Made by a program: the position numbers and the translations under genes. From the IMG/VR virus record IMGVR_UViG_3300044908_000045, positions 1 to 64,000 of that record: 64,000 nt of DNA, one strand, 5' to 3'. Origin of the DNA: a virus. Under the pieces are notes generated by a model that was given only the letters and a program-made list of their open reading frames with translations, was not told the origin of the DNA and did not search any database. The first letter of the stretch is position 1. Every line of letters starts with the position of its first letter. Of this stretch, positions 25,207 to 36,100 are shown one piece after another.

Positions 25207-25409
25207 TCCGTCAGGAGTACAAAGACGCACTGACCGGAAATGTCGTGGCCGTCGATTACTGCCAGCCACCAGAAGAATTTCGGTCGGCGAGGGTGCCGCA
25301 AATTTATCATCGTCACGTCTGCCTGCGCTGCGGGCGATCTGATGTCTATCAGGTCGGTCAGGCTGAATGCTGCCGTTGCGGCAGTATGTATCTTAGGCTA
25401 GACGGCTGA
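25203..25409 (+). CDS. Small zinc-ribbon protein
   Basis: CLRCG and CCRCGS; ATGA overlap. Confidence 0.5.
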   Translation: MIRQEYKDALTGNVVAVDYCQPPEEFRSARVPQIYHRHVCLRCGRSDVYQVGQAECCRCGSMYLRLDG

Positions 25410-25410
25410 A

Positions 25411-26751
25411 ATGTTCATTGGTCGCGACTTCCCTGCGTTTGAAGACAACCAAAGTCGGGTATTGGGGTTCGACCTGACCGCAGTGTTGGCTGAAGGCGAG
25501 ATCGTCAATTCGGCCACGTCGTCCCTGCTGGTCTGGAAGGGTACCGATGCCGTGCTGGCCAACAATCCGACAGCGCGATTTATCGGCACGACGCTGGTCA
25601 ACAACAATGTTGTCACCCAGGGGATTATTCTCAACGATCCGCTGAGCACTCTGGTCGGCAATACCTATGCCTTGCAGTTGGCGGCTTTGACGAGTCTGGG
25701 GCAGACAATCTCCCCTTGGGCTCGGTTTACGGTTACGCAGAGCTTCGGCTCGCCTGCGCTACAGTTGATCTTTCTGACTAGCGACAGCGGCATGATTCTG
25801 ACGGGGGATGACGGCACGCCGCTGACTTCTGATGGCGGGTCTGGTGTGCCGCCAACGTCAGCGCAGATCATCGTGTTGCCGGCAGCGCCACTGAAACTGA
25901 CAATTCCGGGATTGGGTAGTTTCGCGGGCCAGAATTTCCCGACTGCCGATCCCGGCGAGGTGTGGTTTTACGGGTTCGATTTCTCGCCAGCGCTGAGCCC
26001 CAACGAGCAGATCACCAACGCTGCTGCCAGCCTGACCTGTGTCTACGGACCCGATCCGGTGCTGGCACTAAATCCGACAGCATATTTTGGCGGCAATGTC
26101 ACGCTGACCAGCGACAGTGGAGAACCGCTGACGGGGGATGATGGTGGTCCGCTGACAGGTGCTGGCCCTATCGGGCCAGCGACCTCCGGTTCGGTCGTGC
26201 AGCAGATTGTGATGTGGCCGTCAGGACTGAATACGGTAGCTGGGAACACTTATATTTTAGGCATCGCCATCGCGACGAATTACAGCCAAGCGATCTCGCT
26301 ATGGGCACGGATTACAGTTGGTGTTGGGTTTGAATCTGCTGGCCCCTTGCCATTGCCTGGGCTGCCGCTACCTATGCCTGGACCATCGCCATGGCCATCA
26401 AACCCGCCCGACCCATCTGGGTCATCTGGCCCACCAGGACCAGAAGGTCCTCCGGGACCAGCTGGCCCTGCGGGGCCACCAGGCCCCGCGGGATCTGGCT
26501 CAGGAATACAGCTTGCCGAGATCGGGAATCAAACATCGTACACCCTAGCCAATGGTACGTCGGTCAATCAAACGGTTCTGATCCTCGACAATTTGGGGCT
26601 AGCGAGCTTGGCCAATCCGTTAACAGTCAATGGCACCTTCAATATCGGTGGTGACTCTGTCGGCAGTATCACTATGATGCAGACTGGTCAGGGTATTCTG
26701 GCGGTGTGGAACGGATCGCAATGGGATGTGCCAAGCTTCTTGCTTGCGTGA
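25411..26751 (+). CDS. Virion protein with duplicated adaptor-like domain and short collagen repeat
   Basis: Two F.G..FP...GFD...L...E.I...GNTY.L...ISxWAR domains; GPP/GPA repeat. Confidence 0.7.
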   Translation: MFIGRDFPAFEDNQSRVLGFDLTAVLAEGEIVNSATSSLLVWKGTDAVLANNPTARFIGTTLVNNNVVTQGIILNDPLSTLVGNTYALQLAALTSLGQTISPWARFTVTQSFGSPALQLIFLTSDSGMILTGDDGTPLTSDGGSGVPPTSAQIIVLPAAPLKLTIPGLGSFAGQNFPTADPGEVWFYGFDFSPALSPNEQITNAAASLTCVYGPDPVLALNPTAYFGGNVTLTSDSGEPLTGDDGGPLTGAGPIGPATSGSVVQQIVMWPSGLNTVAGNTYILGIAIATNYSQAISLWARITVGVGFESAGPLPLPGLPLPMPGPSPWPSNPPDPSGSSGPPGPEGPPGPAGPAGPPGPAGSGSGIQLAEIGNQTSYTLANGTSVNQTVLILDNLGLASLANPLTVNGTFNIGGDSVGSITMMQTGQGILAVWNGSQWDVPSFLLA

Positions 26752-27062
26752 TGTTGGCGGCAACAACCATTGTGGTGTCTGCGAACGCTTCGGAGATATG
26801 TAACGCAAAGGACAGTCCGAGCACATGCGCCATGCTCGACGCGTTTGCCACGACCTCGAAAGAACTTTTCAATACCGAAGGGGCACGGCGCGCATTGGTA
26901 GCTGAGATGGACGCAAAGAATGCCTATTGGCAGAAGTACACATCTGGCGTTTCCGAGGTGCCTGGATTGCTCGCGCACGTTGTGCGGGCTTGTGCTTGGA
27001 AAGGCGTTCAAAACAAGCCTACCGCTGAACTATGCTCTTGGTGGAAAGGACTGAGGCCATGA
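26721..27062 (+). CDS. Small secreted/membrane-anchored protein
   Basis: Hydrophobic N-terminus ending ANA; paired cysteines. Confidence 0.5.
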   Translation: MGCAKLLACVMLAATTIVVSANASEICNAKDSPSTCAMLDAFATTSKELFNTEGARRALVAEMDAKNAYWQKYTSGVSEVPGLLAHVVRACAWKGVQNKPTAELCSWWKGLRP

Positions 27063-27853
27063 TCGGCAGAGTTAAGATTGCGGTTGCCGTTGCTGCTGGG
27101 CTGCTGTTTTCGTTGCCTGCGGCGCGCGCGGCAAACTTGATGACGCCCGGTCAGTTCCTGATCGTGCCCAACGGCGGTTCTGGCGCTGGCACATTCACTG
27201 CCCACGATGTCCTGATTGGTGAGGGCACGAGCGCATTTGCTGCGGTGTCTCCCGGCACCACAAGTGGCGTGCCCCTTATCTCGCAAGGAACCTCGGCCGA
27301 TCCGATCTTCGGCACCGTGGTGGTCGCGGGCGGCGGCACCGGCCTCGCGACCCTGACCGCACACGCGCTGATAATCGGCGAGGGCACCAGCAACGTCGCC
27401 TTTGCGGCGGCGGCGGCCGATAGCATTCCGTTGTGGCAATCATCGGGGGTTGACCCTACCGTCACCGCCATCAACAACTGCGCCACGGCGCTGACCTACG
27501 CGACATCAACCCATACCTTTGGCTGCAATGCGTCTGCCGGCGTTGTTCCGACCGAAGCAACCGCGACAGGCGCTTCGCCAATCACCATCACGGCAACCAA
27601 CCTCTTGACCACGATCGTCTCGATGGCGACACCTGCGGCGTCGACGATCAATCTCCCCACAGCTGTGCAGACGGCCGGCTGGCGGGAGTGCGTCAAAGAC
27701 GGCACGACCAACTTCGCCACCAACAACGCGACCTTGAAGAGCCCCACCTCTGGAACGATTGACGGAATAGCAGGGTCAACCGGCGTCGTTCTGAACCAGA
27801 AGGGGCAGGAAGTATGCCCAATGTCCGACGGGACAAACTGGTTTTTGGAATAA
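27059..27853 (+). CDS. Fibre-like protein with signal peptide
   Basis: MIGRVKIAVAVAAGLLFSLPAARA; GGTG repeats; C-terminal CVKD..NFATNNAT..TIDG..DGTNW domain. Confidence 0.7.
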   Translation: MIGRVKIAVAVAAGLLFSLPAARAANLMTPGQFLIVPNGGSGAGTFTAHDVLIGEGTSAFAAVSPGTTSGVPLISQGTSADPIFGTVVVAGGGTGLATLTAHALIIGEGTSNVAFAAAAADSIPLWQSSGVDPTVTAINNCATALTYATSTHTFGCNASAGVVPTEATATGASPITITATNLLTTIVSMATPAASTINLPTAVQTAGWRECVKDGTTNFATNNATLKSPTSGTIDGIAGSTGVVLNQKGQEVCPMSDGTNWFLE

Positions 27854-27896
27854 TTTCAATATGGCAGCCACAAAAGACGCCTGAACGAGCAGCAAT

Positions 27897-28670
27897 GTGC
27901 GCCGGACTATCCTGGCATGGCTATGTCTAGCAGTCGGAGTCATCCTGTATCCTGGCGCCGCGTTCCCAGCGAACATCATGACGCCAAGCCAGGCTCTTGC
28001 TGTAGCCAACGGTGGCACCGGCTGGACCAGCATAACGCCAACGGCGCTGACCAACGCGACAACGGTGACTGTTCCTAGCATCACTAGCCCACAGTATCCA
28101 TTCTTTACGTTGGGCCTGACATCTGTGGTTGGCAGCGTCACGGTCGCCAATCCGACAAGTTTCGCTGCCGGCTCCGGGATACAATTCGTGATTTCCGAGG
28201 ATTCGACTGGCGGCGAGGTGGTGTCTTGGGGTAGCGACTATCAGGTGGTGGGCTCAGTCAGTACGCTGCCGAATGCCAAGACGACGGTGTTTTGTGCGGC
28301 CGACACGTCATCGACGTTGCAGTGTCTCAGTAATTATGGAACTCAAACACCGACGATATCCATCTATACGTCAAACACCACGCCGCTTACGTTGCCTGCC
28401 ACGAACAATCTAAGGGAGGAGATTAAGCAGGGATCGCCGGCCGCATTGGTCGTAAATCTAAACGCGATCGGGTTGTTCGCTGGCTTCACGCAATGCGTGA
28501 AGGATTACACGAATAATTTTGCAACCAACAACGCTACCATAAAAACATCCGACAGTTCCACTATTGATGGTATAGCTGGAGCGACCGGGTATGTTATGAA
28601 CCAGACTCATCAGTCTGAGTGTTTCGTCTATGATGGGTCCACCAATTGGATGGTTGGCGGTGGGGGCTAA
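27897..28670 (+). CDS. Fibre-like protein with signal peptide, paralogous to the previous gene
   Basis: Same ANxMTPxQ N-terminus and CVKD..NFATNNAT C-terminal domain. Confidence 0.7.
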   Translation: MRRTILAWLCLAVGVILYPGAAFPANIMTPSQALAVANGGTGWTSITPTALTNATTVTVPSITSPQYPFFTLGLTSVVGSVTVANPTSFAAGSGIQFVISEDSTGGEVVSWGSDYQVVGSVSTLPNAKTTVFCAADTSSTLQCLSNYGTQTPTISIYTSNTTPLTLPATNNLREEIKQGSPAALVVNLNAIGLFAGFTQCVKDYTNNFATNNATIKTSDSSTIDGIAGATGYVMNQTHQSECFVYDGSTNWMVGGGG

Positions 28671-29216
28671 ATGAGAGGTTCCCGAGCTGCCCTTCTGGCT
28701 GGGGTGTCGCTGGTGGCGCTGGCTAGTCCAGCCGCCGCATATAACGACCCGCAGACCGGAGTTATCCTAAACGACGCGAGCAACCGCGAGTACGCCGTCA
28801 GCACGAGCGAGCTTGATTCGACGACGACGACACCGGCGGTGATCACTGGCCTGTCCATTCCGCTGACGGCAGGCAAGACTTATTCGTGCCTCGGACATGT
28901 CGTCCTCACGAACCCGAACACGACTGCCGGTGCCAAGGTCGCGCTGGTCGCGACCGCCGGCCTGTCGGCTACTAGTATGAGTTATTCGGTTTTGGGGTAT
29001 AATGGCACAACCTTAAATGTAAATCCGACCGCAGCGACTTCATTGGGTACTTACGAAGGGTCTGGGGCATTATATACAGATTTTTATATTACAGGGTCCA
29101 TTGTTGTTAATGCTGGCGGCACGATCAATGTCTATGGAGAACAGAATGCGCAGTACACAACAACCGCAACCAAATTTTTGATCAACTCAAATCTGTCGTG
29201 CGTCAGAGTGAATTGA
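28671..29216 (+). CDS. Secreted beta-sandwich (BclA/C1q-like) protein
   Basis: MRGSRAALLAGVSLVALASPAAA signal; ITGLSIPLTAGKTY. Confidence 0.6.
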   Translation: MRGSRAALLAGVSLVALASPAAAYNDPQTGVILNDASNREYAVSTSELDSTTTTPAVITGLSIPLTAGKTYSCLGHVVLTNPNTTAGAKVALVATAGLSATSMSYSVLGYNGTTLNVNPTAATSLGTYEGSGALYTDFYITGSIVVNAGGTINVYGEQNAQYTTTATKFLINSNLSCVRVN

Positions 29217-29944
29217 TGATCCTTACCTGTCCGTCAGCATCGCATCTGTTCATTGCGATCCCGTCCTACGATTTTCACCCAGCGGCATCGACATTGGTGT
29301 CTGTCTGCCGAGCGGTTGGTGCGTTTTGCGACGCAAAGATTTCCTGGACGATCAAAGTCGAGCCGCAGAATGCTTACGTCGATGACGTGCGAAATATCCT
29401 AGCCACGCAATTTCTTGATTCGCCGGCAACCGATCTCTTGTTCGTCGATCAGGATGTCGCTGCGCGTGAAGAAGACTTTCTGAAAGTCGCTCTGATTGAA
29501 CGACCGCTTGCGGGGGGCGCATACCCCAAGAAGACCGAAGACTTGCAATTCACCGTTGGGCTGGAGCCCGGTCTGCATCAGCTCAACGACGATGGCACGC
29601 TCGACGTAGAGTATCTACCTACAGGATTTCTCCGCATCAATCGGGCGGTTTTTCAGTCGATGCCAGTTGAGACATACGAAGACAGTGATGGCACCCGAAT
29701 CTTTGATTTCTTCCAATCGGGACGCAAAGTTGTGAACGGTCGGCGCCGTCACGTCACTGAGGATGTCGACTTCTGCCGGCGTTGGGCCGCTCTTGGTGGA
29801 AAGGTCAGCTTTATCCCGAACATGACATTCGACCACATCGGTCTGCGGTCCTTTTCGGGCAACTGGGCGACATGGCAGGCGGAGCAGCGCCGTAACGCTG
29901 AGGCTGGTCTTGTGCCGCCGCCGCTGTTAAAACATACGCCTTGA
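29216..29944 (+). CDS. GT-A fold glycosyltransferase-like protein
   Basis: RNILATQFL..LLFVDQDV; GGAYPKK; PTGFLRINRAVF; EDVDFCRRW; HIG. Confidence 0.8.
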   Translation: MILTCPSASHLFIAIPSYDFHPAASTLVSVCRAVGAFCDAKISWTIKVEPQNAYVDDVRNILATQFLDSPATDLLFVDQDVAAREEDFLKVALIERPLAGGAYPKKTEDLQFTVGLEPGLHQLNDDGTLDVEYLPTGFLRINRAVFQSMPVETYEDSDGTRIFDFFQSGRKVVNGRRRHVTEDVDFCRRWAALGGKVSFIPNMTFDHIGLRSFSGNWATWQAEQRRNAEAGLVPPPLLKHTP

Positions 29945-29959
29945 TATCTGAGGTCAGAA

Positions 29960-30235
29960 ATGCCAAGCGAATCGGGGTTGACCATCTGCTGTGGTAGCTG
30001 CCCTTTTTACGTGACGACCAACGAGGAAATGGGGCTTTGCCACGAAGGCCCAGGGCAGGTGGTCGCCATGACGACACCGCAGGACGCTTTGGGGCGTTCT
30101 ACATTCAGCACGCATACGGTGCTGCCGCCAAAAAAATTCACCGATTGGTGCGGGCGCCATCCGCTGTTCTCGTTACAGCACAATGTGCTGCCGTTGGATC
30201 GGCGATTGGTGGCCGATGCGGAAGGCACCAGCTGA
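29960..30235 (+). CDS. Small Cys-rich protein
   Basis: CGSCPF..GLC..P..DWCGRH. Confidence 0.6.
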   Translation: MPSESGLTICCGSCPFYVTTNEEMGLCHEGPGQVVAMTTPQDALGRSTFSTHTVLPPKKFTDWCGRHPLFSLQHNVLPLDRRLVADAEGTS

Positions 30236-30430
30236 TGGCTGGGCGCGCGCAGTTCCATTTGTTTCGCCGTTACGGTCTTGACCCAGCCAAATTGCGCGAG
30301 GCGGTGCAAAGCGACCCCGCAGTGCGGGAGGAGGCAGAGACCGAACTTGCTGCGGTCGCCGAAATCCCGCAGGATCGCAGCAACGTCGCGCACCAGTACG
30401 CTCAGATTCTGAGGGAGGCGTTGGCCTAAA

Positions 30431-31405
30431 GTGCCGATAAAATCGCAATCTCAGCGAGGTCTTTTTTATGCGACAGCAGAGGGTGCACATACTGGCGTGC
30501 CGCTCTCTGTCGCTAAGGAATTCATCGCCAGTGACTACCCTGGAAAATTGCCGCAGCATGTGCGTCCCAAACGCGCTGATGGCGGGATGGCAAACGACAA
30601 CGATCCCGTCAGCAATGCGCTCGCCCTGCTGAGGCAGTTGCCGGCGTCATCAACTGGCGACCTCGCTAAACAGGCTGGAACCGCAGATCGTCCGCCACCG
30701 CAGCGACCGCCACTCGATCCCAGCGATCCTGTTCAGGCCGCGCTGCTGATGACGCGCCAGCACTTTGCGTTCGGCGGCGTGACACCAGAGATCCCTTCCT
30801 TTGAGAAGGCGGAGATGCGCAATATTGCGGATGATGGCGGTTTCAGCGCTGGATATGGCGGCGGCAGAACAGACAAAAATAATATAAACGTCGGTGCAGG
30901 GGCCTACATTTTACCGAGCGACCTCGTTGCTGGTCTCGGCGAAGGCAATAGTTTAGCTGGTGCCAAAGTATGGGATGCGATCTTGCATTCTGGTGGGCCG
31001 CACGGCATCGAAGCCCCGCAGACGCATCCTCGTACTGGCCCAGGGATACCGCGCCCCCCTAGTGATCCCGAGCTCGCCAAAGGAATGTTTGAAGGGGCGG
31101 ATTCCGCTCCAATTGCGCCAACGTTGGCCGATGGCGGAAAATCAGATGAGGGTCCAGAAGAAGGCAAGGTGCCGATCGCCATGGCGGACGGTGAGATTGT
31201 GGTGACGCCGGCTGACGTGGCGAGGATCGGCGCACATTATTTCCCCGCGAACAGGACGCGGACACGGAGAGCACTGATAAAACACGGACATCGATTGCTT
31301 GACTCCTTCGTCAAAGAAGTCCGTGGACGCACGATCAAACAACTGAAGGAACTGCCCGGTCCTGCCGGCTCAACAGATCCGAAAGTTGGCCACACGAAAC
31401 ATTAG
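30431..31405 (+). CDS. Probable internal virion protein
   Basis: GGRTD, YILPSDLVAGLGEGNSLAGA, ADGEIVVTP; repeated ADGG motifs. Confidence 0.7.
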   Translation: MPIKSQSQRGLFYATAEGAHTGVPLSVAKEFIASDYPGKLPQHVRPKRADGGMANDNDPVSNALALLRQLPASSTGDLAKQAGTADRPPPQRPPLDPSDPVQAALLMTRQHFAFGGVTPEIPSFEKAEMRNIADDGGFSAGYGGGRTDKNNINVGAGAYILPSDLVAGLGEGNSLAGAKVWDAILHSGGPHGIEAPQTHPRTGPGIPRPPSDPELAKGMFEGADSAPIAPTLADGGKSDEGPEEGKVPIAMADGEIVVTPADVARIGAHYFPANRTRTRRALIKHGHRLLDSFVKEVRGRTIKQLKELPGPAGSTDPKVGHTKH

Positions 31406-31974
31406 TCGAGCCATGCCCAAGAAAGCCGCTTGATGATCTGCCTCACTGAGGATCGCCTGACGCCGAACAGCCGACCAATAGCGGCATTATCCAAGCCAGA
31501 TGCCGAAAGCTTTCTGATCTCGCGGACCTGTTCCTCGCAGAGTTTGCCTTGATGCGCTGCGGTTCCCCTATTCGTGCGCCCGTGCTCGATCATGTCGGCT
31601 GCGTTTTCTTGGTGTGTCGCCCACCGCAGATTTGTCCATACATTATTCGATCGGCTTCCATCTCTGTGCGCCACCTCATGATCTGGCGATGGCGGTGGTC
31701 CACGAAACGCTATGCATACGAGAGTGTGAACATTGATGTCTTTTTTACTGCCGCCGCGCGCGTGCAGAGTGACGTGGGGATAGCCAGTTCTCTTATTGAT
31801 GCCGGGCGTAAGCACCGTCCCAGCCCGTTGCCGAGGGTAGAGTTTACCATTTTTGGCATTGCGCCACAGCGCATCTCGACATCGTCGAACGCGACCCAGG
31901 CTGCTGATCTCGTAGTCAGGCCAGTCAACAATCTGCCGCCATTCCTCGAATGGGAGTACAAGCTGGTCAGCCAT
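31402..31974 (-). CDS. NUMOD4-HNH homing endonuclease
   Basis: EEWRQIVDWPDYEISSLGRVR; VHTLVCIAF..EVAHRDGSRSNN..NLRWAT..EN. Confidence 0.92.
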   Translation of the reverse strand: MADQLVLPFEEWRQIVDWPDYEISSLGRVRRCRDALWRNAKNGKLYPRQRAGTVLTPGINKRTGYPHVTLHARGGSKKDINVHTLVCIAFRGPPPSPDHEVAHRDGSRSNNVWTNLRWATHQENAADMIEHGRTNRGTAAHQGKLCEEQVREIRKLSASGLDNAAIGRLFGVRRSSVRQIIKRLSWAWLD

Positions 31975-32072
31975 ATCGCCCGCCTCTGGCGGTACCTGGC
32001 AAGGATCGCGAGGCGGCTCGTAACTGCCTCGCGATCCGATCATTATGTCATGGAAACAGTGCGTTGACCACA

Positions 32073-32600
32073 ATGCTTGGTCTGCCTCCGCCAGTTCGCA
32101 TTCCTCGTCAGCGTCCCGCGCAACGACCGCCGCGCCCATTCTCGGATGTCAAGATGGCGACGGCGGATGACGCTGACGATCTGATTTGGTTCCTGCGCTC
32201 GGTCGCTGATGAGATAGACGGGGGTGCCGCCGAGGACGATTTGATGACGGCGATGGCCACGCAGTTGGCGTGCCGTGACGGTGGGATGGCGTTGATCGTG
32301 CGCGGATCGCGCGGCATTGAGGCGAGCATGGGGATCGTGTTTCTCCGACCGCTGTTGTCGCGAAATTACTTTCTGCACACGGTCTGGCGAGTTGTGGCCC
32401 CAGAGGCGCGGATGACGGGGCATGCCAAATCGCTACTGGTCGAGGCCCGCAAATACGCCGACGGGATCGGACGGCGGCTGCAAAACATCGAGTACGCTGC
32501 CGAGATCGATGCCCCGACAATCAGGCTTTGCACCCGCCATTTGAAAATCAGCGGCGCGGTTTTTTCGCACATACCAGAAAATGCCAGTCCGCCTGGCTGA
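32073..32600 (+). CDS. GNAT-like protein
   Basis: VKMATADD..V.PEARMTGHAKSLL..AR..AD. Confidence 0.6.
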   Translation: MLGLPPPVRIPRQRPAQRPPRPFSDVKMATADDADDLIWFLRSVADEIDGGAAEDDLMTAMATQLACRDGGMALIVRGSRGIEASMGIVFLRPLLSRNYFLHTVWRVVAPEARMTGHAKSLLVEARKYADGIGRRLQNIEYAAEIDAPTIRLCTRHLKISGAVFSHIPENASPPG

Positions 32601-33045
32601 GCCAGCGGACGAGGAACCGCTCTTTGCGTTGCTGATGTCGCTCGCGGCGGATAACAACTCTTTTGGTGACGAACTCGACGAACGCCGCATCCGTGAGCAC
32701 ATCCAGCTTGGCACTAAGCGACGCGGCGGATTGCATGGGGTGATTGATGGCGATGACGAATTGGCGGCCAGTATCGGGATCATCTGGGACCGCTGGTGGT
32801 ATGCCAAGCAGTATATGCTATCGCAGATTTGGTTGTTTGTGAGACCGGCGTATCGGCATTTCCCCTACGAGCGAGAGTTGATCGAATGGGCTAAGCAGAA
32901 GCGGCGGCAGATCGAGGCGGGGGCGGGACAAAAGGTACCGTTAGCTCACACAGTGATCTCGCAGACGCGGCTCCCTACCAAGCTCAGACTGTGGCGCAGG
33001 CGGTCAGGCAGTGAGATGATCGGCGGGGTATTCCTGATTCGCTGA
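32581..33045 (+). CDS. GNAT-like protein (paralogue of the previous gene)
   Basis: VRLAEPADE; GVIDG; WWY; FVRPAYR; KLRLWRR. Confidence 0.65.
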   Translation: MPVRLAEPADEEPLFALLMSLAADNNSFGDELDERRIREHIQLGTKRRGGLHGVIDGDDELAASIGIIWDRWWYAKQYMLSQIWLFVRPAYRHFPYERELIEWAKQKRRQIEAGAGQKVPLAHTVISQTRLPTKLRLWRRRSGSEMIGGVFLIR

Positions 33046-33137
33046 GAATTATGGTACTGTGCTGCGTTCCCCGTGTCTGGGAGCCTTGACCCAAGTCTGA
33101 GCGCCGCCCCGTTCAGCCGGGCTCCGGCAGCGCGGCG

Positions 33138-36100
33138 ATGGGAAAATCTTCGGGCGGCACAAATACCGTAGAAACACAAAGCGCACCTCCAGCTCAGTTC
33201 CTCAATGCCTATTCGGGGGCGGTCAGCAATGCGCAGAATCTGGCGGCGCAGCCCTATCAGCAATATTCTGGCTCTCTGCTGGCCCCGCTCAACAATGAGC
33301 AATTGAACGCCGCTTACAACGCGCCGAGCCTTTCCAGCAACGCAACGCCGTATCTCAATGAGGCGCAGCAGTATTTTCAAAATGCGGCGACGCCGATTAC
33401 CGCAACGCCGTTTTCAACATCACAAGTCAACCAATATCTGTCGCCGTACACCCAGGACGTTACGTCGTCGCTGCAAAATTTGTTCAATCAGCAGAATGCG
33501 ACGCAGTTGAGCCAAGTGCAGGGTAATGCTGCGGCACAAGGTGCCTTTGGCGGTGACCGTGAAGCGGTGGCGGCGGCACAGACGGCAGGGCAGCAGCAGG
33601 CTCAAGAAGCGCCAGTTCTCGCGCAAAACCTACAGACTGGCTACAACACGGCGCTTGGCGAATTCAATGCACAACAGCAGGCAAACCTGCAAGCGCAGCA
33701 AGCCACTGGCTGGCTACAGCAAGGTGCCGGGTATGGTGTCGGCAATCTTGGCCAAGAAAATTACAACATTGGCCAGGGAACGCTTGGCACCGAGGCGAGT
33801 CTCGGTGGTCTCCTCCAGCAACAAGCGCAGGAGGGACTCAATATCCCCTACGAGCAGTTCATCGCTCAGCAATCTTACCCGTACCAAGAGGCAGGATGGG
33901 AGGCCAACATCGCCGAGGGGCTGGGCGGGGCATCGGGGGGCACATCGTCAACGCAATATCCGGGGCCAAGCGCACTGTCACAGGTTGCTGGGTTGGGGTT
34001 GACGGGAACCGGCATCCTGGGCGCGACGGGAGCATTTGGGTCGGGCGGCTATCTTACTGGCGCTGGCGGGCTGGCCGACGAATTGCTCGGCAATGCTGGC
34101 AGCTTTGCGCCCGCCGCTGGCGCAGCGAGTGATGCTGCGCTCGCGCTCGGTCCAGAACTTGCCACTGCCACCGACTTCTCAGGGGGGCTCGCGGGCGCTG
34201 GGGCGGCGATTCTGGGTGCGCCTGTAGGCGTTAGGACGGGGGGGCGTATCCCGCGCCAAGACGGAGGCGGCAGCAATTCATCCGCCGCTCCGACGCCTAC
34301 CTCGAACGCATTGCAGAGTTTGCTGGTCAATCAGTTGCTCTACGGGGGCGGCTCGGGCGGCGATTACGCGGCGGGAGGCAGGATCAGACGGCAAGCGGGT
34401 GGCCCGCTGAGCACGCCGTATTCGGGTCTGACGATCCCTGGCATGCCCACATTGCAATCGGCGATGGGGCAGGCGAACGCGCCGCAAGGACCGCAGCCGT
34501 CGCAGCCGCCAAATCTGTCGAGCGGCTATATTCCAACGCCGCCGCCATCGGCGGGGGGGCGCGGGATACCGACTGGGGCTGGCGCTGGGATGCAGCAGCA
34601 ACAGCAACAGCCGGTCATGCAGGCATTGCAGACCCTCCAAGCACTGAAGGGTCTGAAAGGGCTGTTCCCTGGCGATTCCTCCGACACGCCTGCGGCTTCG
34701 GCAGGCGGTGCCGTGACGCTGGGCACGCCATACCAAGGCTTCGATGACGGCGGTGCCGCCATACAGCAGGCGGGGCAATCCGGGACTGGCGGGGGCACCC
34801 CGTTATCGCAGGGGTTGCTACAGCAATATCTACAGATGCCGCTGGAGCAGTTGCAGGAACTGGCGCAACGCGCGCCGCCGACAACCCCGCAGGGTCAGTC
34901 GATCCAGCGTGCTCTGCAATTGAAGCACATGAACCCCGGATCGGGGATTGGAGGGGCTGGTGCACCGCAGCCGCCCGCATCACCGCAGGGTCTCGCCGCG
35001 ACTCCAGCGCCGACTGGCCCTGCGACCTCAGGACTTTCCCCAGTGTTGGCGGCGAATTGGAAAGGCGGCCGCATCGGGCGTCAAGAGGGCGGCGATATTC
35101 CAGGACTCTCGGTTTCGGCGGATTCAGCCTTCGCGCAGCCGCAGTCGCCAGACGTGGACATTCCCGGCGTCTCGATCGCGACGGCGCCGAACGCGCAAGT
35201 CGTGACCCAGAAAGGTGATGAGCCACCGCAAAAGGCTGCGCCGCAGATGGTCCCTGGCGGGGCTGGGCTTGCTGCGCCGCCAAAAGCCAATGCCTCGCCG
35301 CAGTTATTTGCGCCGCCATCATTGGCAAACCCAGTGCCATCAGCGGGCAGCGGTTCGCCGCCCATGAGCTACAACGATTACGTCAATAATTACACTCCGA
35401 AAGAAGTAGCGACTGGCCAAGCCCCGAAAGGGCAGGCTGATGACAATAGCGGCGGTGAACGCAGTAACGGTCTGTCAGCAGGCTTGCCGGACGCCAAGAG
35501 CATCGGGGTTAATCCGCTAGTCTACAACTATCTGGTTGACCACGTTGCCCCCAGAGAATCGCGTGGTAATCCCAATGCGCTCTACGGTGGTGGCAGTTTT
35601 ACCGATATGTCGCAGCACCCAGCCGACGCTGGTTGGAAGGGCGGCACGGGACCTACTGGGCAACCCACCAGCGCTGCCGGGCTTCTGCAGGACGAGAAAG
35701 ACACTTGGCATCGCATCCAGCTGGCGACCGGGGTTTCTGACTTCTCCCCGGCATCGCAGATCAAGGGCAATGCGTGGTTGGCGCAGCAGACGTATCACGA
35801 CCGCACTGGTCGCGATCTCGCGACCGATCTCGCGGCGGGGAAAACCGCACAGGTTGACCAAGCGCTATCAGGCCAGTGGCCGTCACTGGCATCAAAACAG
35901 GGCGGCAAGCCCTCGTTGGCGAATGGTCCGCAGCTTGGCACTGGGGCGGGCTCTGGTCCGGCGCTGACCGCGCCATTCTCGCAGGAGAGCGGCGCGGGTG
36001 GGGGAGGCGGACTGGACTTGAGCCAGTTGTCCAGACTGACGGGAACTCAGCGCACGGCAACAGGCGACTTCTATTCAAGCCCGTGGATGCCGCTGATTGC

